Part shown: positions 9,359 through 18,067 of the stretch, one piece after another | Numbering within the stretch: position 1 is the stretch's first letter | How the letters are laid out: the number at the start of each line of letters is the position of its first letter | Origin: a virus | Virus record (IMG/VR): IMGVR_UViG_3300037313_001570 | Coordinates: 1 to 54,803 of that record | Length of the DNA: 54,803 bases | Direction: 5' to 3' (one strand) | The notes under the pieces: model-generated | Told to the model about the DNA's origin: nothing | The model's database searches: none | Seen by the model: only the letters and a program-made list of their open reading frames with translations | Program-made: the position numbers and the translations under genes

Positions 9359-9947
9359 AAATAAGATAAAAATTATGTTGCACAATAATGAGGATATTAA
9401 TAATTATGTGAAAGAAAATTTTGCTCAATACGATGTAAAAAGTATTCTTGAATTTATTGGTGAAAATGTAGACAGAGAAGGATTAAAAGATACACCTAAA
9501 CGGTACATTAAATTCTTGCAAGAATTTTTAAATCCACAAAAGTTCGAAATGACATCTTTTAATAGCGAGGGAATGAACGAAATGGTTATTGTAAAGGATA
9601 TTCAATTCTATTCCCTGTGCGAACATCACCTCGCTCCTTTCTTTGGCATTGCTTCTATTGCATATATTCCGAATGGTAGAATAGTGGGGATAAGTAAATT
9701 GCCCCGACTTGTTGATCATTACAGCAGAAGATTACAAAATCAAGAGCGTATTACTTCTCAAGTTGCCGAACATTTAATGGATGCAACGAATGCCATAGGA
9801 GTCGCAGTTGTTTTAAATGCACGGCATATGTGCATGGAAATGCGTGGAATTAAAGCTTCTGGAGCAAATACAACGACGAGTAAAATGCTAGGTGTTTTTT
9901 CAACAGATGTAAATGCAAGACAAGAATTTTTAAATTTGATAAAATAG
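9348..9947 (+). CDS. folE: GTP cyclohydrolase I
   Basis: FYSLCEHHLAPFFG and the ISKLPRLVDHYSRRLQNQERIT motifs. An alternative ATG lies at 9375. Confidence 0.9.
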   Translation: MKIKNKIKIMLHNNEDINNYVKENFAQYDVKSILEFIGENVDREGLKDTPKRYIKFLQEFLNPQKFEMTSFNSEGMNEMVIVKDIQFYSLCEHHLAPFFGIASIAYIPNGRIVGISKLPRLVDHYSRRLQNQERITSQVAEHLMDATNAIGVAVVLNARHMCMEMRGIKASGANTTTSKMLGVFSTDVNARQEFLNLIK

Positions 9948-9953
9948 CAATTC

Positions 9954-10094
9954 GTGAAAAAGTTAATAACTTATTTGAATCCACAAACATCGAAAGCATT
10001 AACTGAACAAAAGCAGTTAGAACAATTAGAAAGACAATCAAAATTAATGCAAGAGCAAAATATCCAGCTAAAAAGAATTGCAGACCGCTCTTGA
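9954..10094 (+). CDS. possible small coiled-coil ORF (46 aa, GTG start)
   Basis: Open frame in phase with folE directly after its TAG. GTG at 9954, TGA at 10092-10094. Confidence 0.3.
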   Translation: MKKLITYLNPQTSKALTEQKQLEQLERQSKLMQEQNIQLKRIADRS

Positions 10095-10121
10095 CTCTAT
10101 GAATAATAAAAGAAAATAAAT

Positions 10122-10934
10122 ATGAAATACTATGCCGCCATTGCTAGCGAAGAAGAGGGGCGCGCTCCAACAATACAACCTCCGTATTGTATGTTGCTTT
10201 CTTACCATTATTTTAAAAAGAAAGCAGAACTTGTTAAATCGTATATCGCTAAAGGCTTCGATATATTTATTGATAGCGGAGCGTTTAGTGCAGAAACAAA
10301 AGGTGTTCCAATAAATATCGACGAATTCTGTGAATTTATTATTGAAACAGGTGTGGCAACATATGCTGGATTGGATGTAATAGGCAATGCAAAAGCAACG
10401 ATTGAGAATATTCGATATATGGAAAATTGTTATAAATTATCCCCTATTCCAACATTTCATTTAGGCGGTAATTTAGATGATTTATATCATCTTCTTAACA
10501 GGGGTAATACATATATCGCATTAGGTGGCCTTGTGTTTAGCACTAATATAATGCGGTATTGTGATGAAGTATGGAGTATTATTTTAAAGGAAGCTCCAGA
10601 AATTCGTGTTCATGGGTTTGGAATGACAAACTTTGAAATGATGGAACGTTATCCATGGTATTCTGTTGATAGCTCGACTTATAAGAGCGGTAGAAGATTT
10701 GGCAGAATTCCAATTCTTTGGGATGGTTTTAATTTTAAAACATTTCAAGAAGAAGAATTTTGCGAATATTTAAAACAGCTTGGTTTCGATATGGATAATA
10801 TTGAGAATAAACAACGCTGGTTTTTATATGATTATTTTTCTGTCGAATCTTATAAAAAATTCGGTTCTCACCTTAATGATGTAAATAAGATAAAAGATTT
10901 TTCTTACCTTACTGCACAATTAAAATTTTTCTAA
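10122..10934 (+). CDS. dpdA: DpdA-like DNA-guanine transglycosylase (TGT superfamily)
   Basis: LLSYHYF, IDSGAFS and ALGGLV motifs, of the kind I recall in phage DpdA proteins. The gene is embedded among preQ0 synthesis genes. Confidence 0.7.
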   Translation: MKYYAAIASEEEGRAPTIQPPYCMLLSYHYFKKKAELVKSYIAKGFDIFIDSGAFSAETKGVPINIDEFCEFIIETGVATYAGLDVIGNAKATIENIRYMENCYKLSPIPTFHLGGNLDDLYHLLNRGNTYIALGGLVFSTNIMRYCDEVWSIILKEAPEIRVHGFGMTNFEMMERYPWYSVDSSTYKSGRRFGRIPILWDGFNFKTFQEEEFCEYLKQLGFDMDNIENKQRWFLYDYFSVESYKKFGSHLNDVNKIKDFSYLTAQLKFF

Positions 10935-10936
10935 TT

Positions 10937-11171
10937 ATGCAAACAAAAAAAAATTATCACTATTGGCGGGATCGATTTCGATTTTACAAAACGAGAAATT
11001 CTTCGTCTTGCAAAAATTCGCCAAAGATCAAGAAATAGGATTTATCATATAAGCCAATCTAAATTCTTTACAATAAACACTCTTAACTTTATTAGAGAGG
11101 AATTGGATAATATAAAGGATTTAGAAGCAAGAATAAAAATTTTGCAAGATGGGGAACTGGTCGAGAGCTAA
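10937..11171 (+). pseudogene. ORF interrupted at an A9 run (needs a +1 shift or an A8 tract); 75-aa product if corrected
   Basis: The ATG at 10937 hits a stop after 33 codons. A 78-codon open frame (10935-11168, stop 11169-11171) is reached if the A9 tract at 10945-10953 is read as A8. Confidence 0.35.
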
Positions 11172-11499
11172 ACGCGAGCAAATGGAAAATAATAAACGAA
11201 AACAAGAGCTTGAAAAAATTTGCGGTGAAGTTAAAAACTTTAAAGAGGGAGAGGGGGAAGAATTTGAAGTAAAAGTTAAAAAAGTCTCTAACGGTTATAT
11301 CATAGAAAAAGCAGATGGTGTAGACTCTCTTGTATTTAATGATGAAAAATACCCATCTGCAATTGAGTTTATTATCTCTCGCCGCCTTATTAAAATGAAA
11401 CCGGGCGAAGAAATTTATTTAAGAATCGAACAACGTTTCACAAAAATTATAAAAGATGATAAACATAGTACAACCGAGTGCGATGTCAATAACCCGTGA
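11149..11499 (+). CDS. hypothetical protein (116 aa; alternative ATG at 11182)
   Basis: ATG ORF, E/K-rich at the N-terminus. Confidence 0.55.
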   Translation: MGNWSRAKREQMENNKRKQELEKICGEVKNFKEGEGEEFEVKVKKVSNGYIIEKADGVDSLVFNDEKYPSAIEFIISRRLIKMKPGEEIYLRIEQRFTKIIKDDKHSTTECDVNNP

Positions 11500-12085
11500 A
11501 CATGAAATATGCATGGGACATAGAGTTTATGGACATGAGAGTAAATGCTCGAATCTTCATGGACATAATTATAAATTTCTTTTCACTGTTAAACCAAAGC
11601 AATGTTTGGATGGTGTTGGGAGAGTTACTGATTTTAGTGAGGTAAAAAATGTTCTTTGCGAATGGCTGGAAAAAAATTGGGATCATAAGACAATTCTTTG
11701 GGATAAAGACCCTTTGGCGATGGAATTTGAACATATTTTCCCACATGAAGATTTGGTTATAGAAACTGTGCATGTTCCATTTAATCCAACAGCCGAGAAT
11801 ATTGCGAATTATTTTCTTACGGTCATTGCATCAGGATTAACAAAGACAACGGGTTGGTATTTGTATTCGCTTACATTATTTGAGACATCAAAATGTTCTG
11901 CGACCGTTACACTTACAAAAGAGCAAGAGATATTAAAGACTCAGGAAAATCCAATAGTTAAAATGCCGGAAGGTTATTATTGTTCAAAGCAATGCGGGAA
12001 TGAAAGAAATTGTAGATGTGGAGAAAAAGATGATTTTTTTAAGATAAATAATTGTTTACATTGCTATCAAGATTTACCATTCTAA
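11456..12085 (+). CDS. queD: 6-carboxy-tetrahydropterin synthase with a Cys-rich C-terminal extension ending in DLPF
   Basis: GHRVYGHESKCSNLHGHNYKF (QueD HGH motif). An extra roughly 50-aa tail reads CSKQCGNERNCRCGEKDDFFKINNCLHCYQDLPF. The likely true start is the ATG at 11483. Confidence 0.85.
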   Translation: MINIVQPSAMSITREHEICMGHRVYGHESKCSNLHGHNYKFLFTVKPKQCLDGVGRVTDFSEVKNVLCEWLEKNWDHKTILWDKDPLAMEFEHIFPHEDLVIETVHVPFNPTAENIANYFLTVIASGLTKTTGWYLYSLTLFETSKCSATVTLTKEQEILKTQENPIVKMPEGYYCSKQCGNERNCRCGEKDDFFKINNCLHCYQDLPF

Positions 12086-12098
12086 AAAATAAATTCAA

Positions 12099-12779
12099 AT
12101 GAAAAAAGCAATCGTTCTTTTAAGTGGTGGACAAGATTCTACTACTTGCCTCTATTGGGCAAAAGCGAACTTCGATGAAGTAACTGCAATCGGTTTCGAT
12201 TATGGCCAAAAACACAGAAAGGAACTTTTTCAGGCAAAGAAAATAGCCGAAGAAATGGCTAAAGTTCCATATATTATTTTTCCATGTGCTGGTCTATTAG
12301 GAGGCAGCAGCTTAACGGATCATCATTTAAACCACAATCATTCTCACGAACAAAACTCGAATCTTCCAGCATCGTTTACTGCCGGTCGTAATGCCTTGTT
12401 CTTAACTGTAGCAGCGAGCTACGGCCATAAACTCGGCATTACTGATATAGTAACAGGCATTTGTCAGACTGATTATTCTGGATATCCGGATTGTAGGGAA
12501 GAGTTTATTAATGCAATGGAAATGTCATTAAGCTTAGGTATTTACGGAATGTATAAAGGGATGGTTAAAATCCATACCCCATTAATGTATCTTACAAAAG
12601 CAGAAACATTTAAACTTGCAAAAGAACTTGGTTGCTTGGAAATTGTTTTGGAACATACGATGACAGATTATAACGGAAATGATCACAGGAACGAATGGGG
12701 TATGGGAAAAGAAGACAACCCTGCATCAATTATTCGCGCAAAAGGATATCGCGAAGCAAAAGAACGTGGATGGGTATAG
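12099..12779 (+). CDS. queC: 7-cyano-7-deazaguanine synthase
   Basis: PP-loop motif LLSGGQDSTT, DYGQKH and DYSGYPDCREEF. The C-terminal Zn-cysteine cluster is absent (see findings). Confidence 0.85.
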   Translation: MKKAIVLLSGGQDSTTCLYWAKANFDEVTAIGFDYGQKHRKELFQAKKIAEEMAKVPYIIFPCAGLLGGSSLTDHHLNHNHSHEQNSNLPASFTAGRNALFLTVAASYGHKLGITDIVTGICQTDYSGYPDCREEFINAMEMSLSLGIYGMYKGMVKIHTPLMYLTKAETFKLAKELGCLEIVLEHTMTDYNGNDHRNEWGMGKEDNPASIIRAKGYREAKERGWV

Positions 12780-12809
12780 GATAAAATATTTTTTGGAAGA
12801 CAAAAATTA

Positions 12810-12842
12810 TTTGTTCGTTAAAAAAGACACTTCGTATATTTA
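12810..12842 (+). promoter_or_regulatory. candidate Bacteroidota-type promoter
   Basis: TTTG at 12810-12813 and TATATTTA at 12835-12842 with a 21-nt spacer, upstream of the ATG at 12877. Confidence 0.4.
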
Positions 12843-12876
12843 CATTCTATTAAATAAAAAAACCAAATATTTAATC

Positions 12877-13365
12877 ATGGCAAAGAAATCAAAAGCAGAA
12901 TTACAAAAAGAACTCTCAGCTGGTAAAAGTGTTGCAGAAGTTGCAGCCGAAAATAATCCAGAAACTATTGATGCAAATGTAGCAATTGAAAATTCTAAAG
13001 CTACCGAAGCGCCTAAAGAAACCCCGAAGGCACCCGGCAAGATTAAACAAATCTTGGATGCATTTAAATCAGGAAAAACAAATAAAGAAATCGCTGCAAT
13101 GTATGTTTTGGATGCAGATGGTAAGCAAATTCCGACAGGAGAAAATGATAAAGATGGCAATCCCATCTTTGAAACATTTCACCCAACTACAATCAGCATT
13201 CAGGTTTCAAAATACAAAAAAGCAAATCCGGATCTTTATCCTCCTCAACCTCCAGCCCCAACTAAGAAAGAACTCGCAGAAAAAGCAAAAGCAGAAAAAG
13301 CGGCTGCAGAAGCCACTAAGCAATCGGCAAGTGCAGAAGCCGATGTTGCTAACGTTCAAGGATAA
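12877..13365 (+). CDS. Lys/Ala/Pro-rich protein with HTH-like segment (162 aa)
   Basis: The ATG at 12877 (MAKKSKAELQ) is preferred over track start 12679, which overlaps queC. GKIKQILDAFKSGKTNKEIAAMY resembles the HTH of the 25715/27857/28329 family. AEKAKAEKAAAEA tail. Confidence 0.6.
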   Translation: MAKKSKAELQKELSAGKSVAEVAAENNPETIDANVAIENSKATEAPKETPKAPGKIKQILDAFKSGKTNKEIAAMYVLDADGKQIPTGENDKDGNPIFETFHPTTISIQVSKYKKANPDLYPPQPPAPTKKELAEKAKAEKAAAEATKQSASAEADVANVQG

Positions 13366-13890
13366 ATGAAAATTAAATTTCTGATTCTACTTTATTTTAT
13401 TTCTATCATAAGCGCCAATTTACTTATTCAGTTTTTTGGCGTTTATGCTCTTTTAGCTAGTAGCTTTATTCTTATCCCTTTTGATTTTGTAATAAGATGT
13501 ATTTTGCATGAAAAATGGAAAGGGAAACAACTTATAATACGCTTATTCTTGCTTACATTTCTTGCATGCATAACGACTTATGTAATTAATCAAAAGAGCG
13601 AAGATATAGCTTTGGCTTCAATTCTTGGTTTTACTTCTGCACAAGTAATTGCAGGAATTTTCTATCAAATAAATAAGAGTAGATCTTGGTTTATGAAAGT
13701 AAACATAAGCGATTTATTAGCTATTATATTCGATAGTATTGTTTTCCAGCTAACAGCTTTTTCACACATAAATCCTTTAGTAATATTCTTCCAAATAAAT
13801 ATAAAATTCGCTGGCGGTTTATTATGGTTCTTCATCTTATTTAAATTCTTCAAAATTCAAAATTCCTTAATTAATGAAAGAAATATATAA
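13366..13890 (+). CDS. YhhQ/VUT-like membrane protein (queuosine-precursor transporter family candidate)
   Basis: Polytopic membrane protein inside the preQ0 cluster; IFDSIVFQLTAF is a DS..F-type motif. Assignment is from context and memory of the family. Confidence 0.5.
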   Translation: MKIKFLILLYFISIISANLLIQFFGVYALLASSFILIPFDFVIRCILHEKWKGKQLIIRLFLLTFLACITTYVINQKSEDIALASILGFTSAQVIAGIFYQINKSRSWFMKVNISDLLAIIFDSIVFQLTAFSHINPLVIFFQINIKFAGGLLWFFILFKFFKIQNSLINERNI

Positions 13891-14578
13891 ATTAATTGTA
13901 AGTGAAGTTTTTTATTCGATACAAGGTGAAGGTCAAACAATAGGTATACCATCTGTTTTTCTAAGACTCGCAGGTTGCAATCTTCTATGCAAATCTGCTG
14001 ATTGGATTTGCGATACAATAGAAGTTTGGAAGAAGGGTAGGGTTAAATCATTTGAGAATATATTTAACGAGGAACAAATCTATTATCTTGCACATGGCGC
14101 TCATTTAGTTATAACAGGGGGCGAACCTTTAATGCATCAAAATACTATAATTCTTTTTCTTAATTGGTTTAGGAACAATTATAAATTCACTCCTATTATT
14201 GAAATTGAAACTAATGGTACCATTATACCATATCCAATTCTTTTAGATAAAGTTGATTACTGGAATGTTTCACCAAAGCTACCGAATAGTGGCATGAGTT
14301 TTAATAGGAGGGTTAATGAAGTAGCCTGTAATACCATTCAAACATACGGCAGAAAGAAGATTTTCAAATTTGTTATAAGTAAAGAAGAAGATCTTATCCC
14401 TATGCTTGAGGAATATAACTTCATCCAGCCTTCTAATATTATGCTTATGCCTGCCGGAGATAGCGTGGAATCATTAGCCATAACAAGAAAATTAGTTGTT
14501 GAACTCTGCAAACAAAATCAATATCGTTTTAGCGATCGCCTGCATATATCCATATGGAATAAAAAGACTGGTGTTTAA
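13874..14578 (+). CDS. queE: 7-carboxy-7-deazaguanine synthase (radical SAM)
   Basis: EVFYSIQGEGQTIGIPSVFLRLAGCNLLCKSADWICDT, i.e. the QGEG and Cys-cluster N-terminus typical of QueE. Confidence 0.85.
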   Translation: MKEIYKLIVSEVFYSIQGEGQTIGIPSVFLRLAGCNLLCKSADWICDTIEVWKKGRVKSFENIFNEEQIYYLAHGAHLVITGGEPLMHQNTIILFLNWFRNNYKFTPIIEIETNGTIIPYPILLDKVDYWNVSPKLPNSGMSFNRRVNEVACNTIQTYGRKKIFKFVISKEEDLIPMLEEYNFIQPSNIMLMPAGDSVESLAITRKLVVELCKQNQYRFSDRLHISIWNKKTGV

Positions 14579-14614
14579 AATATTATTCCAAAAAAAATAA
14601 ATCCTTCATATTAT

Positions 14615-14806
14615 ATGTTACGAGAAATAACTCCTCCTGTTGTTCGGCAATTTCTAGGCCATTACGAAGATTCTGTTTTTACTGTTATACCAGATGGCTT
14701 CGGTACTTATATTGTTATTTTTCATGATGCTTATGCAGATGCAAAAATTCAAGAACTTCATATCTCAAAAGAAGAAGTTGAACAAAAATTCAATATTAAA
14801 CTATGA
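14615..14806 (+). CDS. hypothetical protein (63 aa)
   Basis: ATG ORF whose stop overlaps the next start (ATGA). Confidence 0.5.
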   Translation: MLREITPPVVRQFLGHYEDSVFTVIPDGFGTYIVIFHDAYADAKIQELHISKEEVEQKFNIKL

Positions 14807-15069
14807 CAGAACAGCAATATAAAGAACTTCAAAAATGGTGCGCGAGCCATTATAATAAAGGTACGGAAGAATATAAAAATAAAGTTGCACTACGAAATGC
14901 TGCCACATCTATTAGGCGAAATATAATCTTTTATAAGAAGAAGATAAAAGATGCAATGTTTGTCTTAGAGGCATGTAAAGAAAAAGAAAAAATAAATAAG
15001 TGGACTATTTATATCAATGAATATAAAGATGCCAGAGATTTATTAATGAAAAAATTTGAACAACTTTAA
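14803..15069 (+). CDS. hypothetical protein (88 aa)
   Basis: ATG ORF, tightly packed. Confidence 0.55.
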   Translation: MTEQQYKELQKWCASHYNKGTEEYKNKVALRNAATSIRRNIIFYKKKIKDAMFVLEACKEKEKINKWTIYINEYKDARDLLMKKFEQL

Positions 15070-15071
15070 TT

Positions 15072-16121
15072 ATGCAAGCAAGAATAAAAAGGATCGATAT
15101 AGAATCGTTTAAAAAAAATGCTTCTGCGATTACGAAAGCAGATCAAGTTAATCCAGTTCTTTCGTTTATTAAAATTGAAGTTAAGGGAGATTTTTGTTGC
15201 ATGACAAAAAGCAATTTGAAAGCGTTTGTAATGCAAACAACACCAAACGATAGCGAAGATTGCATTTTCTTAGTAGATGAAAATACACTCTTTAGCTTTA
15301 CGGAACTAAGCGATGCAGAATTTATAAATTTTCAAATTTCTGGTCTTCGGATTACAATTGAGGATGGAAGACATAAAACTCAAAGCCCAACAGAAAATTC
15401 AAATATGTATCCTCGATTAGAATTGGAGATGATTCAAAAATGGCATTCTATTTCAAAAGGGGTTTTAGACGCGATTGGAACATGTGCCGAGATTGTTTTT
15501 GATGATGAAATCTCTGGTTTAAGGAATAGCGTTTTTGTTGGCCGCGGCTCTGTGGCAGGGAGCGATGCGAGTGTAGGATATTGGAAATTTTTTGAAGAAG
15601 ATTTGCCAACAATTGTTTTAAGAAAACAGGTAGCAATGTCTGTTTCAAAACTACCTGCATGCGAATATTCTAATAATTCAAGCTATGATCTTTTTAAAGT
15701 AAATACAACCCTTTTTGGTTTTAGTAAAAGCGAAATTCAATTTGTCGAATTACCACCTAAGTTTGAATTACCAGAATTTGAGAAAGGCGTTTCCTTCTAT
15801 ATAAATAAATCTCTCTTAATTAAATGGAATACTTATTGCATTAATACATGTAAGAGCAAAGCATTAGAAGCAACATGGAATGCGAATTTGTATAGGTTAG
15901 AATTAAAAATTATCGATAGCAAATACGAAGTAAATACAGATAGTTATTTGGACATTGTTGATGGTTCGGGAAATTTTAAATTTAACCCTGAAACAATTAA
16001 TCGTATTCTTAAAGTTCTTCCAAGTGAACAGATTCATTTTTATCCAGGAAAAAAGAACGATCGTTATTATATGACAGATAATAACAAAACTTTCATGGCA
16101 GCTATAATGTTGATTAATTAA
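15072..16121 (+). CDS. sliding-clamp (DnaN beta)-like protein
   Basis: 349 aa. The N-terminus (IKRIDIESFKKNASAITKADQVNPVLSFIKIEVKGDFCCMTKSNLKAFV) follows the DnaN pattern (P-x-L ... tatdle). Confidence 0.55.
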   Translation: MQARIKRIDIESFKKNASAITKADQVNPVLSFIKIEVKGDFCCMTKSNLKAFVMQTTPNDSEDCIFLVDENTLFSFTELSDAEFINFQISGLRITIEDGRHKTQSPTENSNMYPRLELEMIQKWHSISKGVLDAIGTCAEIVFDDEISGLRNSVFVGRGSVAGSDASVGYWKFFEEDLPTIVLRKQVAMSVSKLPACEYSNNSSYDLFKVNTTLFGFSKSEIQFVELPPKFELPEFEKGVSFYINKSLLIKWNTYCINTCKSKALEATWNANLYRLELKIIDSKYEVNTDSYLDIVDGSGNFKFNPETINRILKVLPSEQIHFYPGKKNDRYYMTDNNKTFMAAIMLIN

Positions 16122-16134
16122 AAAAAGTAAAATT

Positions 16135-16464
16135 ATGAACAAAGAACAGCAACAAGCTCTTGAAACTTTAAAGTCTTTATTTAAGGAATCAAAAAACAGA
16201 ATAGATGCAGTAAGACAACTATTGTCAGATAAAGGGGATGATGTGATTGAATCTTTACAACAAACTGTAGATGAATTAGAAGATGAATTGGAAGATGTTA
16301 AAAAAATGAAATGCGACAATAGAATTTATTGCGGAATTGGAAAAATTGACTTCAAAACTCCATCCAATCTTCAACTTCAGTTATTAATGGAGGCTTTTGA
16401 ATCTTCAATTAATAAACAGGGTTCTTTTTTTATCCTCCAAGCATTACAAATCTTAAGCGAATAA
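16135..16464 (+). CDS. hypothetical acidic coiled-coil protein
   Basis: ATG ORF of 109 aa. Confidence 0.55.
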   Translation: MNKEQQQALETLKSLFKESKNRIDAVRQLLSDKGDDVIESLQQTVDELEDELEDVKKMKCDNRIYCGIGKIDFKTPSNLQLQLLMEAFESSINKQGSFFILQALQILSE

Positions 16465-16466
16465 TT

Positions 16467-18005
16467 ATGGCTTTATTCGAAGATCAAATAATTTTCATAG
16501 ATAAAATACGACCATGTTTACGCGAAAAAAAATGGATGATCGCATGTGCCGCAACTGGTTTCGGAAAAAGTAAAGTCTTCATCAATATTGCTCAAAGCGC
16601 AATTTTAAAAGGAAAGACTGTTCTAATTTGTACAGAGTCGAAAAAAATATTTAACCAGATTTCTAATGAAACAGATGCAAAATTAATAAATCCCGAAAAC
16701 CATCATATCTATATTCATAGAAATTCGATCTATATTGCGATGGCGCAAACCCTTTCTAATAGAACAGAATTAATAGATCAACTTTTAGAAATTGGGGAAG
16801 ATTTATTAATTATTTGCGACGAAGCGCACATGGGACATTTTACCAAACTATTAAAACCTTTTAAAGAAAAAAATTCTTCTTTTGCCATAGGGTTTACTGC
16901 AACTCCGGATGCAAGATGGGCAAAACATTTACCAGAGTTATATAATGATATAATTGTCGGGCCTCAACCTCATGAATTAATTATAAGTGGAAGATTATGT
17001 GGCTATAAACATTTTGCACGTGTTGGAGCAGATTTTAATAAACTTGTGATACAAAATGGAGATTTTACAGAAGCATCCCAGGAAGCGGCTTTTCAAAATG
17101 CAAAAGTATTTGAAGGACTTATCGAAGATTTAAAAAATGCAAATTACGATAAATGCATGATTTATACTGCTTCTGTAAAAGATTGCAATATTGTCGCTAA
17201 TGAGCTTAACAGGAATGGGTTTAAATGTGTGGCATTACATAAGAATAGCAAAGATTATAAATGCAATGATAAAGAATTCGATTTGCGTTTAAAGAAATTT
17301 CACCCAGAGCTTTCTAAAATCCAAATACCAAAAGAAGAGCAGGTTAGTATAGCTGTTTCTGTCGGCACAATGACTAAAGGTTACGATTACGATAGAATTG
17401 ATTTAATTGTTCTTCGACGCGCAACAACTTCATTACCACTTTATTTACAAATGATTGGGCGCGGAGGGAGGGTTTTAGATTGCGAAAGGCATTTGCCAAT
17501 CGAAGAAAGAATAAAAAAATATTTTACTGTCTTAGATTATGGAGCGAATTATCTTCGATTTGGATTATGGGATAGCGACAGAGAATGGGATGAATTATGG
17601 AAAATGCCAAAGAAAAGTAAAGAAGGGGTTGCTGCTGTGAAGATGTGTCCTCAATGTGAATTTATTGTAAACGTATCAATTTCAAAATGTCCTAATTGTG
17701 GATACGAATTTGAGAAGAAGGATATACCATTAGAGGTAGGTCAATTAATCGAAATTACTGAGACATATTCTAAACTTGTTGAAGCAAAAAAACGAATAGG
17801 CGAATTAACACCGGCAGAGCTCGCTATATATGCAAAGTTGAAAAATAAGAAAAATTTCGCTGCTAGGATTGCAAGAACTAGAGAAGAACAACAACCCGGT
17901 TACCTTATGGAATATGCGAAGGAAATGGATTACAAACCTGCATGGGTAGATTGGCAATTAAAGAGCGATGGCGGAATTGGATTTACTAATTTTGTCCTCA
18001 ATTAA
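16467..18005 (+). CDS. SF2 DEAD/DEAH-box helicase with C-terminal zinc ribbon
   Basis: ATGFGKSKV (motif I), ICDEAH (II), GFTATP (III), QMIGRGGR (VI), and CPQCEFIVNVSISKCPNC. Confidence 0.85.
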   Translation: MALFEDQIIFIDKIRPCLREKKWMIACAATGFGKSKVFINIAQSAILKGKTVLICTESKKIFNQISNETDAKLINPENHHIYIHRNSIYIAMAQTLSNRTELIDQLLEIGEDLLIICDEAHMGHFTKLLKPFKEKNSSFAIGFTATPDARWAKHLPELYNDIIVGPQPHELIISGRLCGYKHFARVGADFNKLVIQNGDFTEASQEAAFQNAKVFEGLIEDLKNANYDKCMIYTASVKDCNIVANELNRNGFKCVALHKNSKDYKCNDKEFDLRLKKFHPELSKIQIPKEEQVSIAVSVGTMTKGYDYDRIDLIVLRRATTSLPLYLQMIGRGGRVLDCERHLPIEERIKKYFTVLDYGANYLRFGLWDSDREWDELWKMPKKSKEGVAAVKMCPQCEFIVNVSISKCPNCGYEFEKKDIPLEVGQLIEITETYSKLVEAKKRIGELTPAELAIYAKLKNKKNFAARIARTREEQQPGYLMEYAKEMDYKPAWVDWQLKSDGGIGFTNFVLN

Positions 18006-18014
18006 TAAAATTTA

Positions 18015-18047
18015 TTTGCACGAATATTTTTTAAAATATTACTTTTA
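18015..18047 (+). promoter_or_regulatory. candidate Bacteroidota-type promoter
   Basis: TTTG at 18015-18018 and TACTTTTA at 18040-18047 with a 21-nt spacer. Confidence 0.3.
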
Positions 18048-18067
18048 TAATCTGCTAAAACAAATTT

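Noticed and set aside
12986-13369. Alternative-frame 127-aa ORF (and minus ORF 12840-13166) within gene 12877-13365
   Set aside because: A repetitive A/G-rich coding sequence keeps several frames open. The MAKKSKAELQ frame has the promoter, the ATG and sensible composition.
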